This document shows positions 26,283 to 40,530 of a DNA stretch of 64,000 nucleotides, one piece after another. A program made the translations under genes and the position numbers. Origin of the DNA: Lama guanicoe (Eukaryota); the NCBI GenBank assembly GCA_013239625.1, contig MU053379.1:1294974-1358973 (forward strand), in the 5' to 3' direction. The notes under the pieces were generated by a model. That model saw only the letters and a program-made list of their open reading frames with translations, was not told the origin of the DNA and made no database searches. Position 1 is the stretch's first letter, and every line of letters starts with the position of its first letter.

Positions 26283-26510
26283 CTATGACATGAGGGGGAA
26301 AAAAAGCTATAATAAAGAGCTTAATTACAACTAATATTTTGCTAATAAGAAGTGAGACATCTGATATGATCTTTATCAATCCAGTAAGTATTTGCTTATA
26401 TAATGAAATGAAGTGGGTCAAGGGGCAACAGGATTACACATGAATATACAATCCCTCCTCACAGCCTCCATCTGTCTGGAGTTCTCTATCTAGCCAGCTC
26501 TGTAGATGGA

Positions 26511-26532
26511 TGTGTGTGTGTGTGTGTGTGTG
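26511..26532. repeat. (TG)11 microsatellite
   Basis: Direct read. Confidence 0.95.
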
Positions 26533-27399
26533 TACGTACACTTGCACATCTACTCTTATCGCCAGTGGCATATACGTTTAGGGAGGGCATGAGTGAAGAG
26601 GGTTTAGACAAACTGACCTGGAGCCAATCAGACTGTGCTCCAGGGAGTAGGTAATGAACTACAGAAACGTGCTACAGAAAGTTGGAAACCCCATCCACTC
26701 GGACAGCTCCAGCCCTGAGATTTGGTTTGTAGCTTTGGCCATGGCTTTTAGCCACAAGCCTGCAATTTCATTCTAGAGATCAACTCTAGAGTTCTAAAGG
26801 TTGGCAACTCAGGAAGCAGTTGTATTGCCTGGTTAAGGAAGCGGGATTTAAAAAAAATCAACATGCACAAGACAACCCTGAGTAAGATGTCATTTTTACA
26901 ACTCTCACAAAGAAGCCAAATTTAACAACACATTGTTTAAAGGATACGCACACAGGTTGCAAAAGTACATTAATTTTTAAAACCGGAGCAAATGAAAAAA
27001 CACATTTCAGATGGCAGGGAAATGGGATGGGCAGACACATAGGTGGCTTCGAAGGTACTGGTAATAATGTTCTTTCTAGATTTCAGTTTGGTGATGGATT
27101 CTCTGGGATTCATTACATTATGCTCCAGAATGTACATAAATGTTACTTATGTTATTTGTATATACTAATATTACATACTGAAATTTTAAAAATCTGAAGC
27201 AGGGAGCAGAAGAAACATGTTGAATTACCTAGAAGTCCCAAATCTGACTCCGCAGGACATATGGGGAGGGGGCTCGCCTCTAGCTCTAAGAGGAGGCGCC
27301 TTGTACTCGGAGCCCTCATACAAATCCACCAGGCAGTTTCACCAACCCAATTCTGACCACTAGTCGTAGTTAAAGCCAGGGCACCAGGGGAGGAAGGAA

Positions 27400-27790
<391 letters not shown>

Positions 27791-28184
27791 TGAATCAGCT
27801 TCTACCTGCCTCTTCCCAGCGCTCTCTTTTCCTCCCTGACTTAGGATGGGCAGCGACTTGTCCAGAATGTGTTATCTCTTTACTGGAGTTACTGATACGT
27901 CTATAGAAAAGTGCGTTTTGCTCTCAAAGAAGCAGAACACAAACCGTTTCATTAGTTGAGGACTCCTGGAATCCTTATGATTTTTCCTTTTGATTTCAAA
28001 ACAGTTCTTAGTATACTACTCATTTTTTTTTAAAAATGAAATAATGCCATTTGCAGCAACACGGTTGGACCTCGAGATGATCATCGAAGTCCGTGAAAGA
28101 CAAATACCACTTCTGTGAAATAAAATTCATATTTTATGGCAAGACAAGAAAAATTTAAATATAAAAAATTCTTCATTGCCTTTT

Positions 28185-28832
28185 TGATGCAGGAAAAATG
28201 GATATGGGGGGTGAGGAGGGCCATGTCCCAGGTCTTGGTTGAGTCCCTGGGACACGCGGGTCCTTGGCTTCGCACAGGAAAGCATTCAAGAGCAAGCCAC
28301 AGTTGAGTAAAGGTAGATTTATTTAGATACATAACGCATAGAGTGTAGGCTGTTTCAGAAGGCACAAGAAAGGCCAAGAGGTGTGGGGGTTGGGTGCTCA
28401 GGTAAAAGTAAAAGTAGGTACACATTCCATAGACAGAGAGCGGGCCCATCTCCAAAGAGGAGGAAGCAAAAAGGGAGGCCAGGAGGCATGGTGTTGCCAG
28501 TTTTTATGGGCTTGGTAGCTTCACATGCTTATAAGTAGGAGTACTATTCCAGCTACCCTGGGGAAGGAGCTGGGATTCCCAGGAATTTGGCTACAGTCCA
28601 CTCTTAGACCATCTGTGGTTAGCCTTGGGACTGTCATGTCACCTGTGGGCATACTAATCACCATGCTAATACGTTACAATGAGCATATAATGAAGCTCAA
28701 GGTCTTGTAGAAGTCAAATCTCCCACCATCTTAATCCTCAAGGCCAACTGGGAGTTGAACCTTCTGCTATTTTGGTGTTAATGGCTGTCATTCCTTGAAT
28801 GGCTGTGCCCTGCCCCCTTCCCTCCTGTCTCA
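28185..28832 (-). mobile_element. ERV solo LTR
   Basis: TG...CA termini; minus-strand CATAAAAA TATA-like box (about 28505) and AATAAA (about 28320) followed by a U5-like end. Confidence 0.7.
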
Positions 28833-30300
28833 CTTTGGCCTCCTCTCTCCCCTCACTGTGCAGTGTATCTGCATCATGTATCAACAAAACCTCCCCACTG
28901 GGAGGAATCCTTGTTCAGCCATAAAGAGCAACCCTCTCCTAGCACCAACAAGACAACTTCTTAAGAGATATCATTCCTTCTTGATCTTATAAGGGTCATA
29001 TTGAAGGAGGAATAATACAATGGCCGCACTTAGGCTAACTAACTCTTGGCTTTATGCTTGCTGCTTGCATCTAGGACAGTCGGCAAACCTGACCGACTGG
29101 TCACTGCTACCAGCCCCAGGCTCATTGTTAAAGCTGAAGCTATTGATTTTACTGTCTTTACTTTACTCTGGCAATTAAAATTTATAATCACGTTTGGCTT
29201 CTGAGTCGTACTCCAGGAAGAAGTTCACAAAACTGTAACCCTGCAAAATAGGCTAATTTGTCAAAAAGGAGAAACATGCCACAGGAGATAAAAAGAAAGA
29301 AGTTAGCAAAAATGTTTGGCTATCTAGACAGGCAAGTTTGATTTGTTCCACCTGCCAGAAATCCAATTTGAATCCAGTATCTTATAACTGATAAGTCTAT
29401 ATGTGTTTGTATGTATCATTATGTGTGTTGTAGATACGTGGCACTGCCAAAGTTCTTTTTAATTGGCTTAAGGAAAATTAAATGCTTATATAAATACTCA
29501 GAAATATAAAAGAAACTGATTAGAATTAAAATCAGGTTCATGTGATCTAAAAAATATTCAGCACTGAATCTATACCTGGTATTTGAAGCTAGCTTAAGCT
29601 TACTGGTTTAATTAATATAGACATGTCTTAAGATTCATTAATGTTGAGCAATTAATAAGGGAGGGACAATCAGGAAACAATAGTGCAGGGGAGGGTATAG
29701 CTCAGTGGTAGACTGCACGAGCAGGAGATCCTGGTTTCAATCCCCAGCACCTCCACTAATAAATAAATAACCTAATTACCCCTGCCCCCCCCCAAAAAAA
29801 ATCAGAAAGAGACAATAGTATAGCCTTGGGGCAGGGTCCTGGTTACCAAGACTGTGGCCCCCAGGATCATATCCTTGCTTCTCCCTCGAGTAGAAACCAA
29901 TTACTTTTATTTAAACCTCAAGAGGCAAAGAGAAGCAGCAAGAACTGGGTAGAACCAGTGAAGCCGAGGATGGCGGAGGGTTTGCCTTCCAGTGGACCTT
30001 GAGCCTCGTGTATGTTCGTTGTGATGCATTAGCATGCTAAGTGACAGACCCACCAGTACTGTGACAGGGGACGAGTGCCATGACAACAACTGGAAAAGCC
30101 CGCATGCAACGGTGGAGAAGAAAGGCGACTGGCTCCAGCACGCCCAGGAAGAGTACAGGATGGCGGAGGCCTCCCATAACAGTCGGCCTGGCCTGGGCAG
30201 CAGCCGGACCTGTCTCTGCCGGCCCTCTTGGCTGACCTTTCCCGGCTCAAGCACTTTCTTTCCTTTCCCTCTTCTGAGCAGTTAAGCGGCTGCTCCCTCT
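28833..30300. mobile_element. Nested ERV LTR and internal fragments (with a SINE at 29688)
   Basis: LTR-like segment ending in CA near 28999; AT-rich ERV1-internal-like sequence at 29000-29650; 29990-30070 is an inverted homologue of 28630-28705. Confidence 0.55.
29688..29811 (+). mobile_element. Camelid SINE
   Basis: GGGGAGGGTATAGCTCAGTGGTAGA...; TSD acaatagt on both sides. Confidence 0.88.
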
Positions 30301-30592
30301 GCCCCTCTGCCTCTACTGCTTGGATTCTTTCACAGGACCCACACTTTGATGGGCTTCCTAACTTAGAGGTCCCTGTACCCACTAACAGCCTCTCAACAAA
30401 GCTGTTTACATTTTTAAAATAAATTAAAACATGCAGAGGTATTCCTGTAGCCAAGTGGCTGTTTGCTTGGTGGGTTTTAGTTGAGGAAACAATACTACTT
30501 CCTTAACAGAAACTGTGGGCTGAAAAAAGATCTACCCTTCCTTAAGATGTTTATTTTTCCTTAAGATTCATTTTAAGATTTGTCTTTCTTCT

Positions 30593-31207
30593 TGTAACCA
30601 AACCAGTTTCTTTGGCCCAACATGCTGCAAACAAAATGCTCAGATGCCAGGATTTGCAGCAGAGGAAGGGTTTATTCTCCAGGCAGCCATGCTCAAGACA
30701 GGAGAACAAGCTTCAGATGTGCCTCCCCGAAGGTGAAGGGCTTGGGGTATGTATGAGATAAAGAGGCTGAGTGGTCTGAGGTGTGGGGCAAGAGGACTGG
30801 AGGCAAGAAAAAGGTGAAGTCGTCGGTGTTCTGTGCAGGTGTGTGAGTTACAGGCTTCCTCATGGGGCCACTGTTCAGAAAATGGCAGTATTGGCCTAAT
30901 CCAAGGGTGGAGTTTTGGGTTGTTTGACATCAAAAGGTCACCTGTTAGCACTTGCACAGCACAGCTGAATGGTCAGTGGTCTCAACTGGGCAACTGAGCA
31001 AGACTAGTCCCTGAAAAGTAGTTTAAGTAGTGGTTACTATAGCGACCCATATCCAGAGGTGTTATCTATAGGAGGTGGTTGAGGAGTCTTGTGACGTGTT
31101 GCCTAAGCTACGTGAAGCTTGGAGGGTATGCAGTTTGCAAGAATAATTTAAAACAAGCTCAGTCAGTGAAGGCAGGTTGCAGGCCGTGATTTAGTAAGCG
31201 CGTTACA
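30593..31207 (-). mobile_element. ERV1-type solo LTR
   Basis: Terminal inverted ends TGTAAC...GTTACA; minus-strand AATAAA at 30671-30676. Confidence 0.7.
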
Positions 31208-32245
31208 GTCGAAGGGATCTAGCTGCTGGCTGCCCTCGCTTTCACCCTCACTCACGCGGTGGTCAGCTCTCCTCCGGGCTCTCACCTTTCTCGGGCTGTT
31301 TATGTCAATGGTGATCTCAGAGATGATACAATTACACGTGAATCCACTCTGCTTTCTTTTCCACTTTTTATCTCTTGGGCAAGCATTCCCTAAACTTGAA
31401 TAGGAATAGCTTGGTTTCAAAACTAAAATATCAACATTTTAATGAAAAAAATTTTTTTCATTTGAAAACGCACACTGAGGTCTGCTACATCGTTTGTAAA
31501 ACTGAAAGACTGGTTCTCAACAGCACTTGCCACGGCAGTTTTGGTTTTCCTGTGGGATTCGGCCACCCTCCTCTGAGGCCCTTCTTCTGGATTACCGTCC
31601 TCTTCCTAGACTTTGCTTTTCAGGTCAGGCTCTCTTTTGTAGGCTGTGTGTATCTAACTAAGTCTTCAAATTCATTGTCCTGGCCTTCTCCCCTCTTCTG
31701 TGTTTACTTTTCTATTTCTTTTACACATACATACATTTTACCCACCTTGAGGAGAAAGGGAAATAAAAGCAAAAGTTGTCTGGGGTCTTGAAGGACGTGT
31801 GAGAGCTCATCTGGAAGAGAAGCGAGGTGAAGAGGTTCCCTTAGTAGAGAGGAGGCCGTGAAAGTGGGCACAGAGGCAAGACCCAGAACCTGTGGGCTGG
31901 GAAAGACAGTATCTCAGTGCCACAGGATCAAGGTATGTACCTCACCGAGGCCCTTGGCACCACAGCAAGGGGCCTCTACCTTATCCTGTGAGTGATGGGG
32001 AAACTATGTAGCATTTTAAACAAGGGAGTATGAGAATCAGAGGAAAAAAATCTATCTGGAAACCAACGTGAGATTTGGATTTGGCAAAATTCAGACAAAG
32101 AGATCATTCAGGAGGCTGATGCAGAAATATAGTGAGAGAGGATGAGGCTCTGAACCAAGTAGGCAGATGGAACTGAGAAATATTTAGAATCACAAGTCAG
32201 CAGAACCAAGATCCATTGTCAGTTTCAGGACTAGGGGCTTAGAGA

Positions 32246-32734
32246 TGCAAGGGAGGAAAGCAGCTTTCCCTTCTACCCTTCCTGGCCGCTGGCTGGGGCT
32301 CGAAGGACAGGTTAAGAGAAAAGTACACACATCTCTCTAACATAACTCGACAGGGGAACCTTCATTAAGGAAATGAAGACCCAAAGAGCAGTTAAACCTG
32401 ATTGTTTTTATTCTAGGTTTGGTGAAGAGGGGAAAGTCGTGGAGAAATGTGATAGGACAAATGGATATGAGCTTAGGGCATTAAACTGGGAGAAACTTAG
32501 CAAGGAATGACTCCAATTCCCCTGAGTGTCCCTGCATCTTCAGAGGTAAGGCTGCTCCTTTTCTCATGGTAAAGAAAGGGCATCTCTCACATGAAGGTCT
32601 TACAACATGCTTCAGGGGAGATGGGGAGGTCAGAGAATCCTTCCTTGCATCTACCATTTCTCAGACCCCTTCGTTTACAATATTCAATATGCCAAGGTGC
32701 CATATGTTGGGGTAGCGTGTTCTGAACCCCATCA
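32246..32734 (-). mobile_element. ERV1 solo LTR (MER34/MER4-group-like) with 4-bp TSD GAGA
   Basis: GAGA|TG...CA|GAGA; minus start TGATGGGGTTCAGAACACGCTACCCCAACATATGGCACCTTGGCATATTG; inserted in L2-like sequence. Confidence 0.8.
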
Positions 32735-33310
32735 GAGATAAGGAGGAACCAAGGATGGCTTCTAGGCTGAGAAACTGGGAGGAGAACGGTATCTCCAAGT
32801 GAAACAGAAAGTATAAGTGGCAGAGGTTAGTTCAGGGGCAAGGAGAAATGTGACTTCCACTTAGAATATTTGAGACAGAGGTGCCCAAGAATACCCAGAG
32901 ACATTCGGCAGGTCGGTGAATATATGACTGTCATGTTGGTTAGAGATGTCTGAGCCAGAAATACAGAATTTAGATTATAGATGATGGATGATATGTCAGA
33001 AAGATTGCAAAAGGTTTTGAAATAATCAAGAGAAATTACAAAGTGAACTTTCCATGGAATGTTGGGCATTTCTTAAAGAACCCCTTGGTGTCATCTGATC
33101 ATAAGGGGTGTCTGCCTTTGTCTTTGACTGATTTACTTCTCAACTCTGTAGAGATAGAAACTAACTTACAGAAAGCTGATGGTAGTGCAGATGTTTCTAA
33201 AGAGGCCTTCACCTCTTGCTGTGAGAGTGCGAAATGGTTTACTAACTTTGGAGAATTCTAATAAATGAGATCATTACAACTCTTAAAGGAACTCTGTTCT
33301 AAATGACTTA

Positions 33311-33834
33311 TGTAGGGAATTTTCCACCCCCAAATATGTCTCTTGGCATATTAATTTTTTAAGCTGGTTATTTTCTAAGAAACTGCATGCATGGAAAAAA
33401 CTCTGAGCCAAGTAGGAATTACTCTTTTGTAAGAAACATTTATATTTGTAAGGGAAATTTCCCTATGTAGGGTGTCTCCCTCCTATACTTGGAAGAGGGG
33501 GATGATCAAATCTCTAGAAAGTTATCAGTGGAGAAGACAATGACTTAAGTCTGCCTAACAATTTTACACTTTTTTTTTACTGTACTCTTCCTGGTGATTT
33601 CCCATAACTGACTCCCTACCCTCAGTATCTTCTTTTGTCTTTAGCTGAGGATGGTAGTTAAGGTGAGGGCCTTAAACATTCTGGCAAGTAACTCGGTTTC
33701 CCTCGGTCTCTCCCATGTACATATGTTATTAAATTTTTATTTGATTTTTCTTCTGTTAAACTGTCTCATGTCAATTTAATTCTTAGGCCAGCCAGAAGAA
33801 CCTAGGATAGAGAAAAATTTATTTCTCCCCAAAA
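33311..33834 (+). mobile_element. MER34-like solo LTR with TSD CTTA
   Basis: CTTA|TGTAGGG...CCCCAAATATGTCTCTTGGCATA...TCTCCCCAAAA|CTTA. Confidence 0.75.
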
Positions 33835-34619
33835 CTTATCAAGATAACGATACAGTAACATAAATCAACTATTCCTAAAATTTATAGAAAGTAAAGAAAT
33901 TAAACTTCTAATATTTTACATGCGCTAGATTTAAAAAAAATCCTTATTACAGACATTTCTACTACAAAAGAAATCCACGTTCAAATAGCCAAAGCAAATC
34001 TTTAGCAACTGATATTCGCTTAACATTTGGTGTAAGAAAAACACCAAACACCCAGCTATGTCTTTTCTCACTGTCAAGTATAATACGAACATGAACTTTA
34101 TTTTGAGTGTGTTTCCTTACTGAGAGAATTGATTTGAACTTCCTAAACTTATACGAGTTTAATTACCAAAAAAACCTAACATTACTCTAACGTACTGTTT
34201 TAGGAATATGAAAAACTGTAAACTTGTTCAACAAAACTAAATCATTATTCAACAATTTTAAAATATTAACAGCAATTAAGTTTCACGGCACATCGACTTA
34301 AAACTAGTTTCTTTGTTAGTCATCTTAAAGTTGGTACTAATACAGAGATAACTAATGGTAATTCCTGGATACCTAGGTATGTTCTAAGCATACGTTTACG
34401 TTTCTATAATATTGTTTATTTTTATATGCTGTAGAGAGGCTACATCTCTACGTCAGGTTGATATAAGTGCCCAGTTTTGCCACTTATAATAAGGTGTAAA
34501 TAAGGTGCAGTGGCCGAAGAAAGTAGTGCTCTGTGTAGTTAGCAGTTTTGTTAGCCTTAAAACGCTTGAACACGACAGTTCCCCATTATTCACCTTCTCA
34601 CGAAGGATGACAAGGACAG

Positions 34620-35530
34620 GGAGGAACTGTGCGCTACCGCCAGGATCTGCACACAGCCCAAACGCACTGGGGCCGGCCGGAAAGAGAAACCCTGCGTCGG
34701 GAAGACGCGTAACTATACCTGTCGAACGTTGCGCGCATGCGTCCCCAAGCACCCTGCGCCCCGCCCCTTTCCGTGCTCTGACGCCTCCTTCCGGCCGGCT
34801 TCGGTTTCCTTCGCGAGGAGCCGCGCCTTCTTCCGGGGTCACACGTCATCGTTCCCGCTTCCCGGTAACTAAGGCGATGAGGGGGACTCCCCACTGAGGC
34901 GAGCGGACGTGTTACTGAAGTAGAGCGAACTCCTGAGGCGGGCTGGCTGCGCCTAGGAAGCAGTCCGGAAGGCCCATGTGTTTCTTGAAGGAGAAGCGTT
35001 TAGCGGTGAACGTGGAGAGACTTGTTTTCTGAGGAACTGTGATTTTTGAAGAGCGAAGCACCACTCTTGCCCTCTTCCAAAATGGCGACGCAGCTTTTCT
35101 GAGTGTCTTACTTCCGCTCGCCCACCGGGGTGGTACTCTTTGATTGGCCAGGGACGGCGCCGTGGCGTGACGCACGGGGGAGCTGACCAATCGGCTGAGA
35201 GCTGAGCTGGACTTAGCGTTAGGAGCCGGAGCCGGGTTCTTAACAGCAGTGGGGCCAGGTGAGCGGCTCCGGCCAGGTGAGTGGGGAGCACAGGTGATGG
35301 GAGGCCAATGGCCTGTACTAGAGTCTCTCCAGGGGGCTAGTGGGTTGCTCCTGGGGCGAGACTTTTTCCCGGAGGGCCGGGGAACTGAGGGGATCCATGA
35401 CTCAGGGGTCTGCCGAAAGTGACCGGGTCGCAGCCAGCTGGGGCGGCTGGCTGCTTCTGGCGCGGGATCCCTCGGCATCGCGGGGGGCCGGAAGGATCCA
35501 AAGTACATTCTACAGTTGAGGAGCTCGAGA
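34620..35530 (+). promoter_or_regulatory. SEC23B CpG-island promoter
   Basis: NRF1 GCGCATGCG 34733-34741; UPRE/XBP1-CREB3-type GATGACGTGT (minus, 34841-34850); YY1 CAAAATGGCG 35078-35087; ETS CCGGAA/CTTCCG sites; CCAAT boxes at 35143-35147 (inverted) and 35187-35191. Confidence 0.85.
35200..35276 (+). other. SEC23B: Probable SEC23B non-coding exon 1 (start approximate) with tandem donors
   Basis: CAG|GTGAGC at 35258/35259 and CAG|GTGAGT at 35276/35277, downstream of the CCAAT boxes. Confidence 0.6.
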
Positions 35531-37138
35531 TTCAGCTTAAGTGACTTACTTTTCGTGACAGCTGGAACTAGAATCCAGGTTTTCAGACTCCCTTTAGGAA
35601 TTAAACCTTGCTTAAATTTAGCGTGTCCTGAAAAGTTATGCCTCGGTGGGATGAAGGACACAGATTTTGTTGTTGTTGTTGTTGTTAGATACTTATAAAA
35701 GATCTTTACAATTTCATTTATTCATTAATTAATTCATCCATTCAGCCATTAACCTCTTCTGAAGCCCTTCCTCTTTGAAAATATGATGTTAGTCATGCAC
35801 ACAATTTGCATAGATACAGAAAATTTATTGACCCTGTGAATATGTGTCCAGAGTTAAGAATCCATTCTCTGGAAGAGGAGGAGAGGCAGTGGGAAACAGA
35901 GCAGGGGACGAGGGATGGAGGTAGTGCCTTTTAATAATGAACTGTTTTGAGAATGGGAACAGTCATTTAATGAAGTCTGCTGAGGTGCTTGCTGAAATTG
36001 GGATGTTAGAAGTTGCTTTCACTCACACCTGAATTACCGAGGAAGCTGCAGAAGTGTTTCCTATGTACGCAGTGCTTCAGTTTCCCGCTTTTGCCAGAAG
36101 TTACAAACAGTTGCCTTAGAGTTTCCATTGGAGCAAACATTTGGAATTTCTGTGGCCCGCATTGTGTATAATAGAGTAATTGAATCTTTTGCATTTATAG
36201 TCATTTATTATTCCTTAGTCCAAGTTCTTTGCACTATGGTGGCATGTTTCAAAATAACTTGGGGAGGTCGTTATTCAACATTGCAAAAGTGAGCACTTGA
36301 GGCCACTTAGATCCCTTAATTTGCTTTTTTTCCATTGTTCTTGGGAGTTTTGTTCCCTTGAACCGCAGTAGCTGAAGTGTGTCTTAGCATAGGTTTTAGA
36401 ACGTAAACAGAATGTATAAAACACTCAGTGGAATTGGCATTATCTGGGTTTGAAAAACTTACTTAGTCTCAGTGGCTATTTTATTAGCCAGAATCTTTCA
36501 AGGCACGAGCCTAAGCAGCTGTGGTGAGGAGAGAGGTGCTGGTGAGGAAGTCACTTAGCAGAACAGCAGGCTTCCCGTCATAATTTTGATGATTCCAAGT
36601 AGGACTACTTTGGCTTAGAACAGTGGCTGTTGTCACTGTGAATTGGATTTGCACATCAGTTAGCAATGGAAGGAGGGACAGGGCACAAAACCAAGATCAC
36701 TTGAAATGTCAATTTTAATACAGTGTTTACTCAGACAGAGCAAGGAAGAAAGGGGATCAGAGAGGAGGGTAGCTGCACGCTGAAGCAGGGTTTGACAGTT
36801 ACTCTTGAGTGAGGGGCTGAAATTGGCTTGGCTGAGATGATCTGTGAGGAGGTTTAAATTACTGTTATTTAACTACATGCAGCTTAGAGATGATCAAATG
36901 ATGGTGAACCTCATGCTCCTTTTACTTCTATTAAGTGCTAGGAAGGTGGGTTGAGAAAGGAACGGGAAAGGTGGCTGTGATGTTGATTGGCTCTTGGGGT
37001 CAGAGAGAAGTGAGATGCTGTCATCCTACAGTGACAGGTCCTTCTAGACTGAGCGTCTAGGAGACGTCGCGTAGGTGGTTATCTCCTTTTCTCAAGTTCA
37101 ATGGAGAATTTCACGTACAATTCAAGCTTTATCTTTAG

Positions 37139-37375
<237 letters not shown>

Positions 37376-37478
37376 TAGGAATTCTTTTAAAAACTACTGA
37401 AAATGATGAATATAAGGTGTACGACTGTCATGTGATTCTCATAAAAATGATTCAGTTTGGGCAAGTTGTCAAATTTGA

Positions 37479-37600
37479 GGGGGGACGGTATAGCTCAAGT
37501 GGCACAGCACCTGGTTAGCATGCAAATAAATAAACCTAATTACCCTGCCTCCCCCAGCCCTGCTAAAATGAAAATAATTAAATAATACAATAATTAAAAA
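37479..37600 (+). mobile_element. Camelid SINE, internally deleted
   Basis: GGGGGGACGGTATAGCTCAAGTGG...AAACCTAATTACCC; B-box region missing. Confidence 0.8.
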
Positions 37601-38654
37601 AAATTTTTTTAAGTGGTCATATTTGAGATGAGTAGTAAATCATGAAATTCCTAGGTGATGAATGCCTGTGGACATCTCCCTGGCCTGATACTCCACATAA
37701 AAATTAGAACTTATGGGAATGAGGTGGAGGTAGAGGGAAAGATTCGTAATTTTCTTTTCTTTCCTTTTTTTTTTTTTTTTTTTGTTTTGATTTGCAGTTT
37801 GCTTTTGGCTTCGCTGTTGATGTTCTTGGTGCCTTTTGAAGCATTTTCCGAGAAAATCCAAAAACTTTAGACAGTTTTGGTGTACGTGCCTGGTGGGTGA
37901 TGCTGCCTGGCAGGAAGAAGTAATAAGCAGAAGAAATTTTAACTCTTATTGATTTTTACCAATAAGTGTAACTTTTTGCACCCAAGATGAGATGGTGACC
38001 TATGGTACTTCTCTTATATGTGGCACTACTTGAAAGAACTTTTAAACAAGTGAAGAGTGCCATAACTACTCTTGAAAAGATAACATTTTTATATGAGGGA
38101 CCTTTCTAATTTTCATTCTCCTTGCTCTTATTTGATGTTCGTATATAAGATGCTACTGCTCTCTTAAAATAACAGCCCCTGATTGATTCTAAATGTAGAA
38201 AGTTGGGGAGCAACCAAAGCATTATCTTGAACCAATTCTAGGAAGTGTATCAACCCAGCAGCATGCCTGCCCGACTTCTTCAAGTGAACTAAGTGTGGTT
38301 ACGTGCTGAGAAGTCTTTCCTGTATGTGTAAAGTGTACTTTTAGTATTAAAAGTTAATAGTTTCACATATCTGAACAATAAATATGTTAGAAAAATCCTT
38401 AAGATTGTGTTTAGGTAACAGGGCAAAAGGAAATAACCTGTAATTTATATAAACCATGAATTTTAAAATCATCTAGGAAATTGGAAAAGAGAGAAAGGAT
38501 GTACAAATTCTTCATTGTTGCTGTGTGAAGGAGACTGTGGGTGTACTTATTGCCAGAACCTGGCTGCAGTGAATGATTCACATACCTTCATTCATTGATG
38601 GACGTGCACAGAACCCCTTCCATGTGATTTACTGAACCTGAAGTTTATATTTGA

Positions 38655-38783
<129 letters not shown>

Positions 38784-39719
38784 TAATTATTGGAAGAAAT
38801 ACTGTCTGTTCTGTTTTAGTTGTGCTACTCTGAAGAAAATTAAGTGAGACTGAATTTGTGTCTGCCCTGGCAGTCAGCAGTTTCTGCTGTAGTCAAGGCG
38901 ATGGATTTTGTCAAGCATAATATTGAATGTTGTACATACATGATTTTTCTTTTGAATGGTCATTCAGTTTCATTATCTGAGTCTTTGCCCTTTGCTGTGG
39001 AGGGGAAAATGGGGATAACCCTTTTATTTTTTAACAGATTCTCTATAGATAGTGAGTATGGTACCCTAGAAAACAGGTAAGATGTTTATTATTTCATTTG
39101 ACTTCAGTTTATTCTAGTTGCATAGAGTATATTACTGAATTTTTATTTTCCTATCTTTCTAACTTTTAGGGTTAAGTGTCAGTGTTGATATTGTTTTGAT
39201 TTAAAAGTTTGAAAACCACTAGGCTAGGAGCTCATGAATGATCAGAGAGATTTTCTCTTTGAAATGAACTGTGCCTGTGAAGAAATATTCTAAAAGGGGG
39301 TTATGATGGTGATTGGACAATTCTGTGCATTTACTAAGAATCATTGAATTGTACATTTGAAATGGTATATAAACTATACCTTAATAAACTGTTAGAAAAT
39401 AATTATGCCCAACATAATGTACAGCGCTCTAGCAGATCTTAAGATGTAACATGCACTTATTTATTCATACATTTGGTCATAATTATAATTAACAGTCTCC
39501 TTCTCAGATACAGCGCACTGTCAGTTCAGTGGTAAAGAGACCCGTGCGCGGTTGATGACTAAGTCTAGACTTGGGAACTAGAAGCAGATACTGTTCAAGA
39601 TTTATCTCCATGAGCAATATGCAAATCTTAAAAACATTCCTACACCCTGTTACATTCAGAATTGGTGTCTGTGTTTAATATAATTTATTGTGGAAATTCT
39701 AAGGCATCAAAGGACAATG

Positions 39720-40530
39720 TCAGCAGCATATCAGAGGCAACCCACAGGATGGGCGAAAATATTTGCAAATCATATATCTAATAAGGGACTAATATCTAGA
39801 GTATATAGAGAACCCCTAAAACTCAACAGCAAAGAGAAAACCCAGCTCCGAAATGGACCAAGGACTTGAATGGATATCTCTACAAAGATGATGTATATTT
39901 GGCCAGTAAGCACATAAAAAGATGCTCAGCATCACTAGGTACTAGTGATGTTTACCAAATGGTCCAGCATTCCCACTTCTGGGCACATACCGAAAAGAAC
40001 TGGAGGCAGGGTCTTGAAGAGATACTTGTAGTCTCGTGTTCGTAGCAGTATTATTCACAATGGCTAAAGCACGCACGTGCCCGGATGCTTACAGATGAAC
40101 GGGCAAGCAAGTGTGGTCTGCACGTACAGAGGAAAATTAATCAGCCTTAAAATGGAAGGAAATTCTGATTTATGCTGCAGTGTGGATGAACCTTAACGAC
40201 ACTGTACTGAGTGAAATAACCAGTCACAGAAAGACGAGTACCGTGTGATCCTATTTATACGAGATGCCTGGAGGAGTCAGACTCTCAGAGACAGAACGTA
40301 GAGTGTTAGTTGCCAGCCAGGGGCCAGGTGGAAAAATGGGGCACTACTGTTTAATAAGTGCAGAGCTTCTGTTTTGCAAGATGAAAAGCATTCTGGAGGT
40401 GGATGGTGGAAATGGCTGCACAACATTCTGAGTGTATTTAACGTCACTGAACTGTACACTGAAAAAAAATTAAAATGGTAAAATTTGTGGTGTCACACTG
40501 CTATTAAAACGTTGCAGGAAAAAAAAATCA
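39720..40530 (+). mobile_element. Old LINE-1 (L1M) ORF2 end and 3' UTR
   Basis: gaaaatatttgcaaatcatatatctaataagggac...gcacataaaaagatgctcagcatcacta...gtcactgaactgtacact. Confidence 0.8.

Noticed and set aside
34912-35661. 249-aa minus-strand ORF over the SEC23B promoter
   Set aside because: CpG-island artefact with a non-ATG start and no domain similarity.
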